Shown: positions 32,291 through 41,583, numbered from the stretch's first letter. The stretch is DNA of 64,000 nucleotides from a virus (IMGVR_UViG_3300035495_000018:24104-88103); one strand, 5' to 3'. Notes: a model not told the origin generated them from the sequence alone. Translations and numbers: made by a program.

Positions 32291-32475
32291 TTCTTGTTTG
32301 TTAATTTAATTTGGGTGAAACACTTAGTTTTAACTGACAGACAACCAAAGCCTACCAGTAACACAATACCACAGAGATTAGCTATGGTACTTGGGTAAGT
32401 AACCAGTCCACAACCTGTTGACAGAATGAACATGAATACAACTACCCACAGAATAAATAGTACTACTTTCTGCAT
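32287..32475 (-). CDS. Small two-TM membrane protein (holin-like?)
   Basis: 62 aa, two hydrophobic helices, adjacent to SPFH and glucosaminidase. Confidence 0.35.
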   Translation of the reverse strand: MQKVVLFILWVVVFMFILSTGCGLVTYPSTIANLCGIVLLVGFGCLSVKTKCFTQIKLTNKK

Positions 32476-32485
32476 CTTTGTTTTA

Positions 32486-32713
32486 TTAATAGTAATAATA
32501 CCATCTATACTTCATCTCCCATAGTTTCTTCATAGAGAGATGAAATACTTCTCCAAGATTCTTGAAGAACTTCGTCCTTCTAGGATTAGTAGCTCTTTTA
32601 TTCTTGCCTCCAATCCTATAGTTGAAGTGCGTTCCATTCCACCCTCTTTTATTGACTCTTTTGTGCCAATACTTTGCAGGTGTCTTATATCTCTTACCTT
32701 TGCTCATACTCAA
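32486..32713 (-). CDS. Small highly basic protein
   Basis: 75 aa K/R-rich. Confidence 0.35.
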   Translation of the reverse strand: MSMSKGKRYKTPAKYWHKRVNKRGWNGTHFNYRIGGKNKRATNPRRTKFFKNLGEVFHLSMKKLWEMKYRWYYYY

Positions 32714-32935
32714 ATAGCTTTATCCACTTTCTTTTGATTTCAATACCCTCATAATGATTATACCATAGTAGAACTCTGAACTCTCTTTGTCCTATTTGTA
32801 TAATCTCTATATTGGGACTGAAATACTTGAACAGAAGCCATAGAATGATAGTCAGAATGATTAAGTACTGCATAACTAGAATTATTAAAAAAGAAGGGAC
32901 AAGCAGGATTATTCCCACTTGACCCTAAGATAAGC

Positions 32936-33349
32936 TTAGTCACCAAGGACCTCAAAGCTGTATGAAACAGCACCAAGGTCATGTGCTATAAGGTCTAGAT
33001 GACTCTTCAACCTTTCATTTTCTGAGAGTGTATCCCAAATTCTCTCAACCACATCTCCATAAGCATTTACTTTGGTGGGTTTTGCGAGTTTAGGACTGGT
33101 AGGAGTTGAGAGCATGTGGTGGTATGCCTCATCACAGAGATTGATGTTTTGAGACACCAATTTCTGCTTTCTCAGCTTGACAATCAGAGGCTTCTTTACA
33201 ACCTTCTGATATTTGCCTTTGCCTTTGGTGTAGCTAAGGAGCATCTTATGCTCACTATAGCATTCTTTTGGGTTTTGTTCGCACACCTGCGAGCTTAGCA
33301 TACCTGCGCCTGGCACAAGTAAGCTAAGACTAATCTTTGGTTCTACCAT
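32936..33349 (-). CDS. hypothetical protein
   Basis: 137-aa ORF. Confidence 0.4.
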   Translation of the reverse strand: MVEPKISLSLLVPGAGMLSSQVCEQNPKECYSEHKMLLSYTKGKGKYQKVVKKPLIVKLRKQKLVSQNINLCDEAYHHMLSTPTSPKLAKPTKVNAYGDVVERIWDTLSENERLKSHLDLIAHDLGAVSYSFEVLGD

Positions 33350-33365
33350 AATTTAAAATTGGTTG

Positions 33366-33479
33366 TGGGGGAGGTAGGAATCGAACCTACGTTAAAATAA
33401 AAACCACAAATTTTACCAGATAATTTTTTAGATTTGTAAGTATCCAAAGATACTCTAAAACCAACATTCTAACTCCCCC
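33366..33479 (-). ncRNA. Overlong (114 nt) tRNA-like RNA with canonical 7-bp acceptor (GGGGGAG/CTCCCCC) and T-arm (GTAGG TTCGATT CCTAC) but ~40-nt internal insertion; Y-RNA-like or intron-containing tRNA
   Basis: Acceptor and T-arm read directly from sequence; no canonical anticodon arm at expected position; internal ACTTACAAA motif. Confidence 0.45.
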
Positions 33480-33494
33480 ATAGATAGTCACTAA

Positions 33495-33568
33495 ATTCAC
33501 ATGATGGACTCGAACCATCTACTCTAAGCACCAAAAAACTTATGCTCTACCTAATGAGCTAATGTTAT
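33495..33568 (-). tRNA. Atypical tRNA: canonical D-arm (TA GCTC ATTAGGTA GAGC) and T-arm, but 8-10-nt anticodon loop (TTTTTTGGTG) and 5/7 acceptor pairs
   Basis: Manual fold. Confidence 0.4.
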
Positions 33569-33604
33569 TAGTATTGTAAGTGACTGTATATAACAAATGG
33601 CATG

Positions 33605-33724
33605 CGGGGATTATTGGATTTGAACCAATAACTCTGGATTGTATCCCAGAATAAATTGTTAAGTTGCTTTTGTAAGTGACCTTAGCCACTCAAACAATCT
33701 GCCTTTCCATAAGGCTGAATCCCC
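33605..33724 (-). ncRNA. Overlong (120 nt) tRNA-like RNA: perfect acceptor GGGGATT/AATCCCC, D-arm GCCT-TATGGAA-AGGC, T-arm ATTGG TTCAAAT CCAAT, ~47-nt insertion containing hairpin TCTGG(gatacaa)CCAGA and ACTTACAAA motif
   Basis: Manual fold. Confidence 0.45.
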
Positions 33725-33743
33725 TTGATTTAGACACTTGAAT

Positions 33744-33816
33744 TTTCCAATAGTGGGGTCGAACCACTGCCATTAAAATTACAAATTTTACACTCTAACC
33801 TCTGAGTTAATCGGAT
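33744..33816 (-). tRNA. tRNA-Thr (anticodon TGT)
   Basis: Canonical cloverleaf: D-stem ACTC/GAGT, anticodon stem TAAAA/TTTTA, loop TTTGTAA, T-arm AGTGG TTCGACC CCACT; A1-A72 mismatch. Confidence 0.7.
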
Positions 33817-33958
33817 AATTAGTATTGTAAGTGTCTATAGTGAATGTAGGAGGTATTTCTCCTCCTACACCCTGTATGATACTTGGTTTACGAATTTATA
33901 GTCTATGATTTACGAAGTATGTATGAGTATAAATTGTAAGTATCATTAGTATTATGTA

Positions 33959-35776
33959 TTAAAGCACATTGGCTCTTACTACATCATACCTGTTGCTTCT
34001 GTACAAAGACTGCAATGGAGTATAGGCATCATAGATGTCCATATCCTTGAAGTTTGTGAGAAACTGTTCAATCTGAGCAGGGTTAGAAGGTATGTACATA
34101 AAGTTGTCAATACCACTAAATCTATCAGCTCTTGCAGTACTGAAGTACCTTCCAGCTACATCAATAGCTACAATGAAGGGCTTGAATCCAAAGTATGTCT
34201 CGCACTTTCTCATGAAGTCATTTAATGATGCTTCAGGGCTAGAAAGGTTGTTCCATTCACCATCACTGATGATAGTCCAAACAGGATAAGCCTTTAATGC
34301 ATCAAGAACCTCTGGATTCTCTTTGCAAGCTTGCCTCAATCCTTCAGGGATAGCACTAATATTAGTACCACCACCATTGAATACAGCATTGCAGAAAGAC
34401 TTGATGTTGAGGTAGTTCTCATAGAAACTAGCTTTAGGATTGACAAAAGGAGTTGCCTTTGTTTTAGCAACTTGCTTTCTCATCATCCAGTTAGGAGTCT
34501 CATTTGCTTTCCTATCAATATAGCCATACCAATGAGAGCTATAATCAAAGAATCCAAGGAGATTTCTACCATCATCATCAGGGTTCTTAACAAGACATAC
34601 TGATGCAAGGAAAGTAGCAAAGTTGAAGGGCTCACCAGACATTGAGCCAGAGTCATCTATAATGACAAGGCTGTTGTAAGGAAGGTTCACTTTATTGATG
34701 AAAGACTCAAGTTTGAGCTTATCAACTCTATTATTGAGAATATCATCATAAATGTCATTGAAGCTTGTTGCTCCAACTGTGACCTTAGCCTCTTTCTTAA
34801 CTTTGTTGAGCTTGACTACATCCTCTTCAGTAGCCTGCCCCTGCCTTACTTTCTCTTCAAGAACTCTCTGCTCTTCTTGCTTCTTCTCCTTGTACATCTC
34901 CCACTCAAGATACCAATCTTGGAACTTAGGATATTTAGGGTCATCAGTATCCTTTACCTTAGAGTAGAGGATTCTGTTCTTAACCCTAAACCTAGCTTGT
35001 GCAGGAAGCTGGTCAAACCACTTAATGAACTCATCTTTACTGAATTCCTTGATTTTACCAGTTGAGAAGAGCACTGATTCAAGAGTTCCATTGTACTGCT
35101 TTCTCCATTCTCTATAACCAATAAAATTGGCAATAGTAGGAGTTACAGTGTATTTCCAACCCATTTGTTCTGACAGAGTAATGAGTAATTTAGCCTTATC
35201 TTCCATGACCTTCTTGGTCTCAGGAAGCATCTTCTTGTGACCACTTCTCTTAGATAATCTAGGAAGAGTCAAGAATTTAGCTACGAGCAGCTTGTCAAAA
35301 GGATTAGTGCCGTTGATTACCTTATAAAGGTATTCAACAATAGCTGCTCTATACCCAGCTACTGCAAGAACATTATGAGTTCTCACAACTCTAGTTCTCT
35401 TAGTCTGGATTCTATTTCTGAGGAGTAAGTCGAAACAACTATACTCATTGAACAGACCAGCATTAAGGAACTTGATGAACTGTTCTTTGTGCTTATTCCG
35501 CATCCAGTCCAGTACAGTAATAAACCCCTCTCTATTGGCATTGCCACCAGAGTCTCGCTTATTACCCTTGAAGATATTGTGCTGTCTAGCTGTAATATCA
35601 CCAATTGAGAACAACAGTGAGAAGAACATCTCTCTCTGTTCTTTGGTTTTACATTCAGCATAACCACCATCAAGCATATCATTGGTGATATTACCACCAA
35701 CATTCTGCATGATTTTAAGACAGTCTTTCATCCCATAAAAGGGATTTTCGTTACTTTTGTTAAGTTTTACTTCCAT
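33959..35776 (-). CDS. Ro60/Rsr-like protein candidate (N-terminal ~370 aa + C-terminal vWA domain with MIDAS)
   Basis: MIDAS DxSxS (VIIDDSGSMSG) at residues ~374-380, the same position as in Ro60; 605 aa; adjacent to atypical tRNA-like RNAs. The TROVE part is inferred from architecture only. Confidence 0.4.
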   Translation of the reverse strand: MEVKLNKSNENPFYGMKDCLKIMQNVGGNITNDMLDGGYAECKTKEQREMFFSLLFSIGDITARQHNIFKGNKRDSGGNANREGFITVLDWMRNKHKEQFIKFLNAGLFNEYSCFDLLLRNRIQTKRTRVVRTHNVLAVAGYRAAIVEYLYKVINGTNPFDKLLVAKFLTLPRLSKRSGHKKMLPETKKVMEDKAKLLITLSEQMGWKYTVTPTIANFIGYREWRKQYNGTLESVLFSTGKIKEFSKDEFIKWFDQLPAQARFRVKNRILYSKVKDTDDPKYPKFQDWYLEWEMYKEKKQEEQRVLEEKVRQGQATEEDVVKLNKVKKEAKVTVGATSFNDIYDDILNNRVDKLKLESFINKVNLPYNSLVIIDDSGSMSGEPFNFATFLASVCLVKNPDDDGRNLLGFFDYSSHWYGYIDRKANETPNWMMRKQVAKTKATPFVNPKASFYENYLNIKSFCNAVFNGGGTNISAIPEGLRQACKENPEVLDALKAYPVWTIISDGEWNNLSSPEASLNDFMRKCETYFGFKPFIVAIDVAGRYFSTARADRFSGIDNFMYIPSNPAQIEQFLTNFKDMDIYDAYTPLQSLYRSNRYDVVRANVL

Positions 35777-35870
35777 TTCAAGTAGATGTTTTTAATGAGT
35801 TTGTAAGTAACAAAGATGAGGATATTCTTTCATGTTTGAACTATTCTGTCTTCCTCATTTTACCTTCTAA

Positions 35871-36308
35871 CTAAATGTTAGGGTTGTCAAGAGCAGCAAG
35901 CTCTTCTTCAGCCTCTTTAAGCCTGTCTTCAGGAGTCTTTGCTTCCTCCTTCATCTTGGCTATTTTGTCCTCCAATTCATGTCTCTTGGTTCTAATTTCA
36001 GCAAGCTCTTGCTTGAATCTCTTATAACCAATGACAAGATTGACAGTCTCTTTAGCAGTTTTGAGCTTATTAAGCTGAATCTGAGAAGCATCTGTAGCTA
36101 CCCATTCATCAGCATTCTCAAGACTCTCAATTTGCTTTGCAAGTGAGAGTCTAATGCTATTAAGACTATTGACTGTAGTTGTGTGGAGTAAATCCACAAC
36201 ATTCAGAGGCTGTCCTAACTTAGAGTTAACAGTCTCATTGTTCAGGAGCATTCCCATCAGAAGGGTTTGCATCCTTTGAAAGTGGTCTTGCGTGAAGTTG
36301 ATTTTCAT
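35871..36308 (-). CDS. Coiled-coil hypothetical protein
   Basis: 145-aa ORF. Confidence 0.45.
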   Translation of the reverse strand: MKINFTQDHFQRMQTLLMGMLLNNETVNSKLGQPLNVVDLLHTTTVNSLNSIRLSLAKQIESLENADEWVATDASQIQLNKLKTAKETVNLVIGYKRFKQELAEIRTKRHELEDKIAKMKEEAKTPEDRLKEAEEELAALDNPNI

Positions 36309-36494
36309 ACTTCTTTGAGATTAGTTTTACTGATGTTTTATTTGGCTTATAGCCAGTATCTCCTGGGGCAAATTCCCTGGATTCAACAACACCATCAATG
36401 GAGAGAATTAACTCTCCAAATGGTGTTTCAGTGCTAAAGTTGACTTCAGCTTCTGAATCAACTTTATAAAGCAGTTCTCTGAGCTCACTGATTT

Positions 36495-37103
36495 TCATAC
36501 CCAATTATAATTATTGTGTTGAACATACATAGCATCAAAGATTTCCTTTGCAAAGTACTTGCTCATGTGGTGTGCTATCTCTCCTGATTCACAACAGAGC
36601 AACCCCAGCGGAGCAATAACATCACCATCGCCGTAGCCGAAATCGCCGAGACCAGCGCCGCAGCCATCATAACCACCGCCAACCAAATAGTAAGAAGTGC
36701 CTTCAATCTCAACCTTACCACAGAGTTCCCAATCACCGTCTCTTACTGCACTCTTGGCATCATCATAGCTCTTGTAGAACCTAACCCAAGGGTAATAAAC
36801 AGTACCATGAACCAATGAAGATTTATAGTCTTTGTTTAATGCTTGTCTAATGACGTCAAGCTTGTAGAGAGCTGTAAGATGCTTTCTGAAACCATACTTG
36901 GTTACTGCACCATTCAGCCCAAATGAACTGTCAATACCCAATGCATCACAAGCATCTTCAAAGGTTTTGATTCTTTCCCAGTCCTCTGTTTTGAGCTCCT
37001 GTTCACTATAGGCTTGCAATGCTACCTCTTTGAGGTCTGCACTACCACTGTTATACCACTCTTTAGCCTTCTCAAGAGTCAGTGAAATGTTTCTTGTTTC
37101 CAT
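36495..37103 (-). CDS. hypothetical protein (Gly-rich C-terminus)
   Basis: 202-aa ORF. Confidence 0.45.
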   Translation of the reverse strand: METRNISLTLEKAKEWYNSGSADLKEVALQAYSEQELKTEDWERIKTFEDACDALGIDSSFGLNGAVTKYGFRKHLTALYKLDVIRQALNKDYKSSLVHGTVYYPWVRFYKSYDDAKSAVRDGDWELCGKVEIEGTSYYLVGGGYDGCGAGLGDFGYGDGDVIAPLGLLCCESGEIAHHMSKYFAKEIFDAMYVQHNNYNWV

Positions 37104-37208
37104 TATTATTTTGCTGTCTTTATGTTAATAACCGCAATTATAAACTCCTCAAGAATATTCTTAGGTGAAATATCCTGAGGAGTTATATCAGTATGAGTAA
37201 TGTCCATA

Positions 37209-37526
37209 TTACAGATTAAGAAGTTCTTTAATCTTTCTCCATAAACCCTTCTTAACAGGCATAGGAGTAACATGAACATTTTCTCTGTTGATAGTTCTGT
37301 TGTCTAATCTAGATGCATGACCTATCATAGTGAACATACAACCAACATAGCACTTGCTCTTGGGATTGCTAAGACACTCATACCATCTAAATGATATAGC
37401 ACCTACACTTCTATCAAGCTTTTCAGAAGCATTTCTGAATGCTTGAGCCTTGTTGTGAGGATTAGCTTTTACAGCCTGGACCAGGATTTCATCCTCCTCT
37501 TTAGTCCATAGAACTCTTTTTGTCAT
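37209..37526 (-). CDS. Myb/SANT-like DNA-binding protein
   Basis: WTKEEDEIL...ISFRW tryptophan-repeat pattern. Confidence 0.45.
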   Translation of the reverse strand: MTKRVLWTKEEDEILVQAVKANPHNKAQAFRNASEKLDRSVGAISFRWYECLSNPKSKCYVGCMFTMIGHASRLDNRTINRENVHVTPMPVKKGLWRKIKELLNL

Positions 37527-37555
37527 TTGCTATCTGTTATTTGTAATGTTGTGGA

Positions 37556-37592
37556 GCTAGAGGGACTCGAACCATCATCTAGAGTAAATATG
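37556..37592 (-). other. tRNA 3'-half fragment (T-arm + 3' acceptor strand, no D or anticodon arm)
   Basis: Minus sense GATGG TTCGAGT CCCTC TAGCTCC A directly downstream of tRNA-Arg(CCT). Confidence 0.4.
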
Positions 37593-37593
37593 G

Positions 37594-37665
37594 TGGTTGA
37601 TGGGAGACTCGAACTCCCAACCTGAAAATTAGGAATTTCCTGCTCTGTCCATTGAGCTAATCAAC
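37594..37665 (-). tRNA. tRNA-Arg (anticodon CCT)
   Basis: Acceptor GGTTGAT/ATCAACC, D GCTC-AATGGACA-GAGC, anticodon loop TTCCTAA, T-arm GGGAG TTCGAGT CTCCC. Confidence 0.75.
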
Positions 37666-38154
37666 CTTTGCTTTACCATAGTAAGTACTTTTTCCTCTTG
37701 GAGCATTCTTGTTCCTTGAACCAAAGTTCTCAGTTAATGAATGACAATTAGGACACAGTAGTTGTAAGTTATTCTCTATATTATTCTCAGAGTTTCCATC
37801 TATATGATGTACTTGAAGTGGTGTTTTATTTGTATATGGGTTTATTTCTCCCCATCCACAAATTTGACACTTGCCATTATATTTTTCCATTAGATAATTT
37901 CTTACAAAAGTACTACAAGAATAGCCTTTTGTGCCTGAAATTTCACCTAACTTCCATTTTCTAATGGTCTCTTTCCTTTTGTAAGAGAACTCACACTCTT
38001 TGTTACAAAACTTTCCATTACTAGAATATCTGGGATGGAAAGACTTGCCACAATTTTCACATACTACTGTCCCATTTCTAAATTCTTTGTTGGCTTTCAT
38101 ACGATTTATTTTTAATCGTACAAAGTTACAAAGAATATTTGAAATATACAACAA
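37657..38154 (-). CDS. HNH endonuclease
   Basis: VHHIDGN...NLQLLCPNCH plus N-terminal CxxC pairs. Confidence 0.7.
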   Translation of the reverse strand: MLYISNILCNFVRLKINRMKANKEFRNGTVVCENCGKSFHPRYSSNGKFCNKECEFSYKRKETIRKWKLGEISGTKGYSCSTFVRNYLMEKYNGKCQICGWGEINPYTNKTPLQVHHIDGNSENNIENNLQLLCPNCHSLTENFGSRNKNAPRGKSTYYGKAKVD

Positions 38155-38329
38155 ACTAGCTATTTATTTACTCTTGTTCTATCCCTTGAACTATGGGAGC
38201 ATAAAAAACAGTTTAGAATTAACTACTAAAGGGTCTTGAAATCCCAATATTCGGTAAATTCAAAGCACAAACCTTAATATCATCAGTTTATACTTACTTC
38301 ACTGTTTTGAATGACTAGTCTGATATTGG

Positions 38330-38403
38330 TGATTCAGATGAGACTCGAACTCATGACCCACAGTTTAGAAGACTGTTGCTCTGTCCAACTGAGCTACTGA
38401 ACC
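38330..38403 (-). tRNA. tRNA-Arg (anticodon TCT)
   Basis: Acceptor GGTTCAG/CTGAATC, D GCTC-AGTTGGACA-GAGC, anticodon stem ACAGT/ACTGT, loop CTTCTAA, T-arm ATGAG TTCGAGT CTCAT. Confidence 0.75.
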
Positions 38404-38503
38404 ATAATAAAAAGAGCCACTATCTTCACAGACCGTGACCCTCCCACTTGTTCAACAAAATCAAAATGTCTAACCTTAAAATCAACCTTTTTACCTTATC
38501 AAA

Positions 38504-38761
38504 TTACCATTCTTCACCTTCTTCTTCTTTGTCTATCTTGAGCAATTTAGTAAAGCAAAGAGCATCAAGTTCTTCATTACTAATTGTCTTGTAACAAGCA
38601 TAGATTAAACCTGCTACAATCAAGACAGCTATCTCAAAGTACCCATTGTCATAGATACTGTCAATACCACTAATGAATAGCATTGCAACTATTCCAGTAG
38701 TATATAGTAGTATGCCTTTGAGGCATAAGATTACTTTCTTCTTCATTCTTGCTCCCTCCAT
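38504..38761 (-). CDS. Small membrane protein
   Basis: 85 aa with two TM helices. Confidence 0.4.
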   Translation of the reverse strand: MEGARMKKKVILCLKGILLYTTGIVAMLFISGIDSIYDNGYFEIAVLIVAGLIYACYKTISNEELDALCFTKLLKIDKEEEGEEW

Positions 38762-39267
38762 GCTTCTATTTCAGGAATCTCTATAGATAGATAACCCTGT
38801 TTAGTTAATCTGAAGGAAATGTTTCTCACCACAATGTGAATAGTGGTTTTAGTGTACTTCTTCTTAATTGAAGAGCACACTGGTTTCTTGGTATGTGCCA
38901 TTTGCTACTTATTATTTGTTAATTTCTTGTTATTTGATTGACCAATCAAGTCTACCCATAATTATCTTATAGGTCATAGCTTGGTTGTATGTAGAGAAGA
39001 CTCTGAGAACATAGCCCTCAGAGTCTATTACTTTGTATCTTTTCATGCTTGCACTATTTAATAAAAGGTGGCATTTCAGGGAAGTAAGCCCAGTAAACTA
39101 CATCAGTATCTGGGTTACCATGAACATAGAATTTAGGTCCAGTGTTGTCAACATCAGCATATAGACCAGTGTTTCTTGCATATCTGTCATTACACCATTA
39201 ATACTTTGATAGTATCAATAGTGATTTGCCTTCTACAGGCTTCTCTGAGGCATCATGCCATTCTATT

Positions 39268-39558
39268 TCAGCCTTCATAACCTAATTCCTTTTTAATAGT
39301 TGCTTGAACATCTTTAGGCAAGTAGTACTTATACTCTTTGCCTGTCTTCTTTGACACTCTATTTACATAGCATGCACCATTCTTGGTAACAAAGATGGGA
39401 TATTTATTACCCTCTTTATCTTCCCAAGTATATTTGGTTTTAGTGTCTTGAGACTTTGATGTTTGCTCTACCTTAAAGGTATTACCTTCTCTCTTTACTT
39501 GTGCATTAGATGCAATGCAGAAGAGTGCTAAGAGTATGCACAATATGAGCTTTTTCAT
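39268..39558 (-). CDS. Small secreted protein (signal peptide)
   Basis: MKKLILCILLALFCIASNAQ signal sequence. Confidence 0.45.
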   Translation of the reverse strand: MKKLILCILLALFCIASNAQVKREGNTFKVEQTSKSQDTKTKYTWEDKEGNKYPIFVTKNGACYVNRVSKKTGKEYKYYLPKDVQATIKKELGYEG

Positions 39559-39772
39559 TGTTTATTCTTGCTTTCTGAGTATTTTATTAGCAGATAAATT
39601 ACTGCGAAAAATACTATTGTGAATATTAAATCTTGAAATTGTGTCATTGCTTATCAGTAAAAATAGTTATACTTTAACTATTTGCTTTTACTTATTGCTT
39701 AGGCAAGAAAAGTAAAAGGGTAGAGTTAATTATAGTCACCTACTTTTAACTCTACTCAATTACTGCCAAACT

Positions 39773-40054
39773 TTAAGCTTCAACACGGAAGATGTCAGCT
39801 TCTCCATCCTTACCTAAGGTAAGAAGCTTTGCAGTGCTGAGGTCAATAGACTCTCCTACTGTCTTGCTACTGTTTTGTGACAGAGGAATGAAGGTCTGGC
39901 CTCCACCTACCATCATAAAACATACTGAGTTACCATACTGGCTGGAAACTACTGTTGCAGACTTAACAGCTGCTTGCTCTTCAGCTGTAAATGCACGGCT
40001 GGCTTTCAATATCCACTTACCAGCATAAACTCGGAGTGATGAAAAGATATTCAT
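39773..40054 (-). CDS. Small protein, paralog A of a tandem pair
   Basis: 93 aa, ~55% identical to the 40648..40929 product (MNIFS.LRVYAGKW...SQYGNSV.F.M.GGG.T.IPL.QNS...GE.IDL..AKL.TLGK.GEADI.RV). Confidence 0.55.
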   Translation of the reverse strand: MNIFSSLRVYAGKWILKASRAFTAEEQAAVKSATVVSSQYGNSVCFMMVGGGQTFIPLSQNSSKTVGESIDLSTAKLLTLGKDGEADIFRVEA

Positions 40055-40150
40055 CCAATTTTACCAATGCCCTTTGGATTTATTTTGGTATCTGGCACAC
40101 CTGTTAAATGTTATATGTTATTTGCTTATAACCCCAATGCCATTGAGGTT

Positions 40151-40256
40151 GTCAAGAGCAGGGGAGGAGTAATTAGCCCCACTGATAAAATAAATCTAAT
40201 ATCAGTTAGCATTTAACCCCACGGCCTTGCCAAGGGCAAAGGAGGAGTAATTAGCC
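40151..40256. repeat. Two adjacent copies of a ~28-nt direct repeat (CAAG.GCA.GGGAGGAGTAATTAGCC); further degenerate copies at ~40982, 41219, 41408, 41471
   Basis: Read from sequence: 40151-40178 and 40229-40256 near-identical; related copies share CAAG...GAGTAAT core. Confidence 0.55.
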
Positions 40257-40647
40257 TAACTGATACCACATATATTGCTACCACTAAACTTAAAACACCA
40301 TACTAATTATCTCTTCTACCTCATACCTCTTGCTTTTTCTATACCATAGTTATAGCTCTTTCTATAAGGTTTTACCTCGCCTAACTATGTACTTTTACAC
40401 CTTGCTTCTACATACTCTACGAAAAAATATGAGCAGTATATTATAATATATATAATATATAATATCTAATGTAGATTATATCTTGCTTTAACTAGTCCTA
40501 TGAGAATTATTCTTATGGCATCAGCCCCTGCTTCTACGTCATTTGAGCTTAACTCTCTATTACATAGAAGACCTTGCTTCTGCACTATAGGACAAAAATA
40601 AATAGGGTAGGAAGAATCCTACCCTATTATAGAGAGCTGTGTAACTC

Positions 40648-40929
40648 TTAGATAGTCACACGATAGATGTCAGCCTCACCTGACTTACCTAATGTGGTAA
40701 GTTTGGCCTTAGTGAGGTCAATGACCTCTCCAACAGCACAGTTGGAGTTCTGGTCAAGTGGAATGTAAGTCAGTCCACCGCCCTTCATGGTGAACTGAAC
40801 TGAGTTACCATACTGAGATGGTACTACTACAGCCTGGATGACCTGCTCTACTTCATCAGAAGTGAAGTCTCTGGTCTCTTTAACAGACCACTTACCAGCA
40901 TACACACGGAGGTTTGAGAAAATATTCAT
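40648..40929 (-). CDS. Small protein, paralog B of a tandem pair
   Basis: See paralog A. Confidence 0.55.
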   Translation of the reverse strand: MNIFSNLRVYAGKWSVKETRDFTSDEVEQVIQAVVVPSQYGNSVQFTMKGGGLTYIPLDQNSNCAVGEVIDLTKAKLTTLGKSGEADIYRVTI

Positions 40930-41008
40930 AACAAAATGACGGTTGACCTAAGGACCGTAAGGTTCAAGTTAATATTCAGTTGTAAAGGAAAAGTAATTAG
41001 CCAGACAG

Positions 41009-41257
41009 TTAGTCTTTCCACCATCTGCCATTCTGTTCTATATATTCACAGTATTCATCTGTTTCCATAAGAACATCCATGTAGTAATCTGGATTAGCTT
41101 CCCAGATTGAATCACAATATGCCTCATAGGCATAATCTCTTTTAGCCACTTTGGTAGGCTGACACCCAGCAAGGAGCATACCTAGTATGCCCAATGCAAT
41201 AACAATGATAGATTTCATATCAAGTATGAAGGATGAGTAATTAGTTAGTAGGAGCAT
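41009..41257 (-). CDS. Small lipoprotein (probable true start at internal MKSIIV, ~41218)
   Basis: Signal peptide with lipobox LLAGC. Confidence 0.45.
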   Translation of the reverse strand: MLLLTNYSSFILDMKSIIVIALGILGMLLAGCQPTKVAKRDYAYEAYCDSIWEANPDYYMDVLMETDEYCEYIEQNGRWWKD

Positions 41258-41552
41258 GTCTTGTTACTCAGCATAGACAAGCAGGAAATCTAAGTCTTTA
41301 CTGTTTATTTTTGTGGACTTAGGTTATAGGTCAATTTGGCCTGACCATTTAGGCACTAGCTTGGCTGGCAGTTTGTCCAGCAATCTGCATGAATCCTCTA
41401 GGACTCACTCAAGTACTAGGAAGGAGTAATAAGAAGGCTCATTTCTAGTGACCGGGGGGACTATCCCCAATGTCAAAGACAGGGGGTGAGTAATGTATTA
41501 TTATTCCTCACTCCTACAAATCTAACACTCGCAGAAAAATTTCAGAAAAAAT

Positions 41553-41583
41553 TTTGTAGTATCAATTTTTATGCTTACCTTTG
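41553..41583 (+). promoter_or_regulatory. Bacteroidota-type promoter (-33 TTTG 41553-41556; -7 TAccTTTG 41576-41583)
   Basis: Consensus TTTG-N19-TAnnTTTG upstream of first late-block gene. Confidence 0.5.

Noticed and set aside
33850-33872. 8-bp perfect hairpin GTAGGAGG-tatttct-CCTCCTAC downstream of the Ro60-like gene as a terminator
   Set aside because: No U-run follows on either strand, so the function is unclear; recorded only as a structure.
40151-40256. Possible CRISPR array (repeated 28-nt units)
   Set aside because: There are only two close copies plus degenerate dispersed ones, with no regular repeat-spacer periodicity and no cas genes; I treat them as iteron-like repeats.
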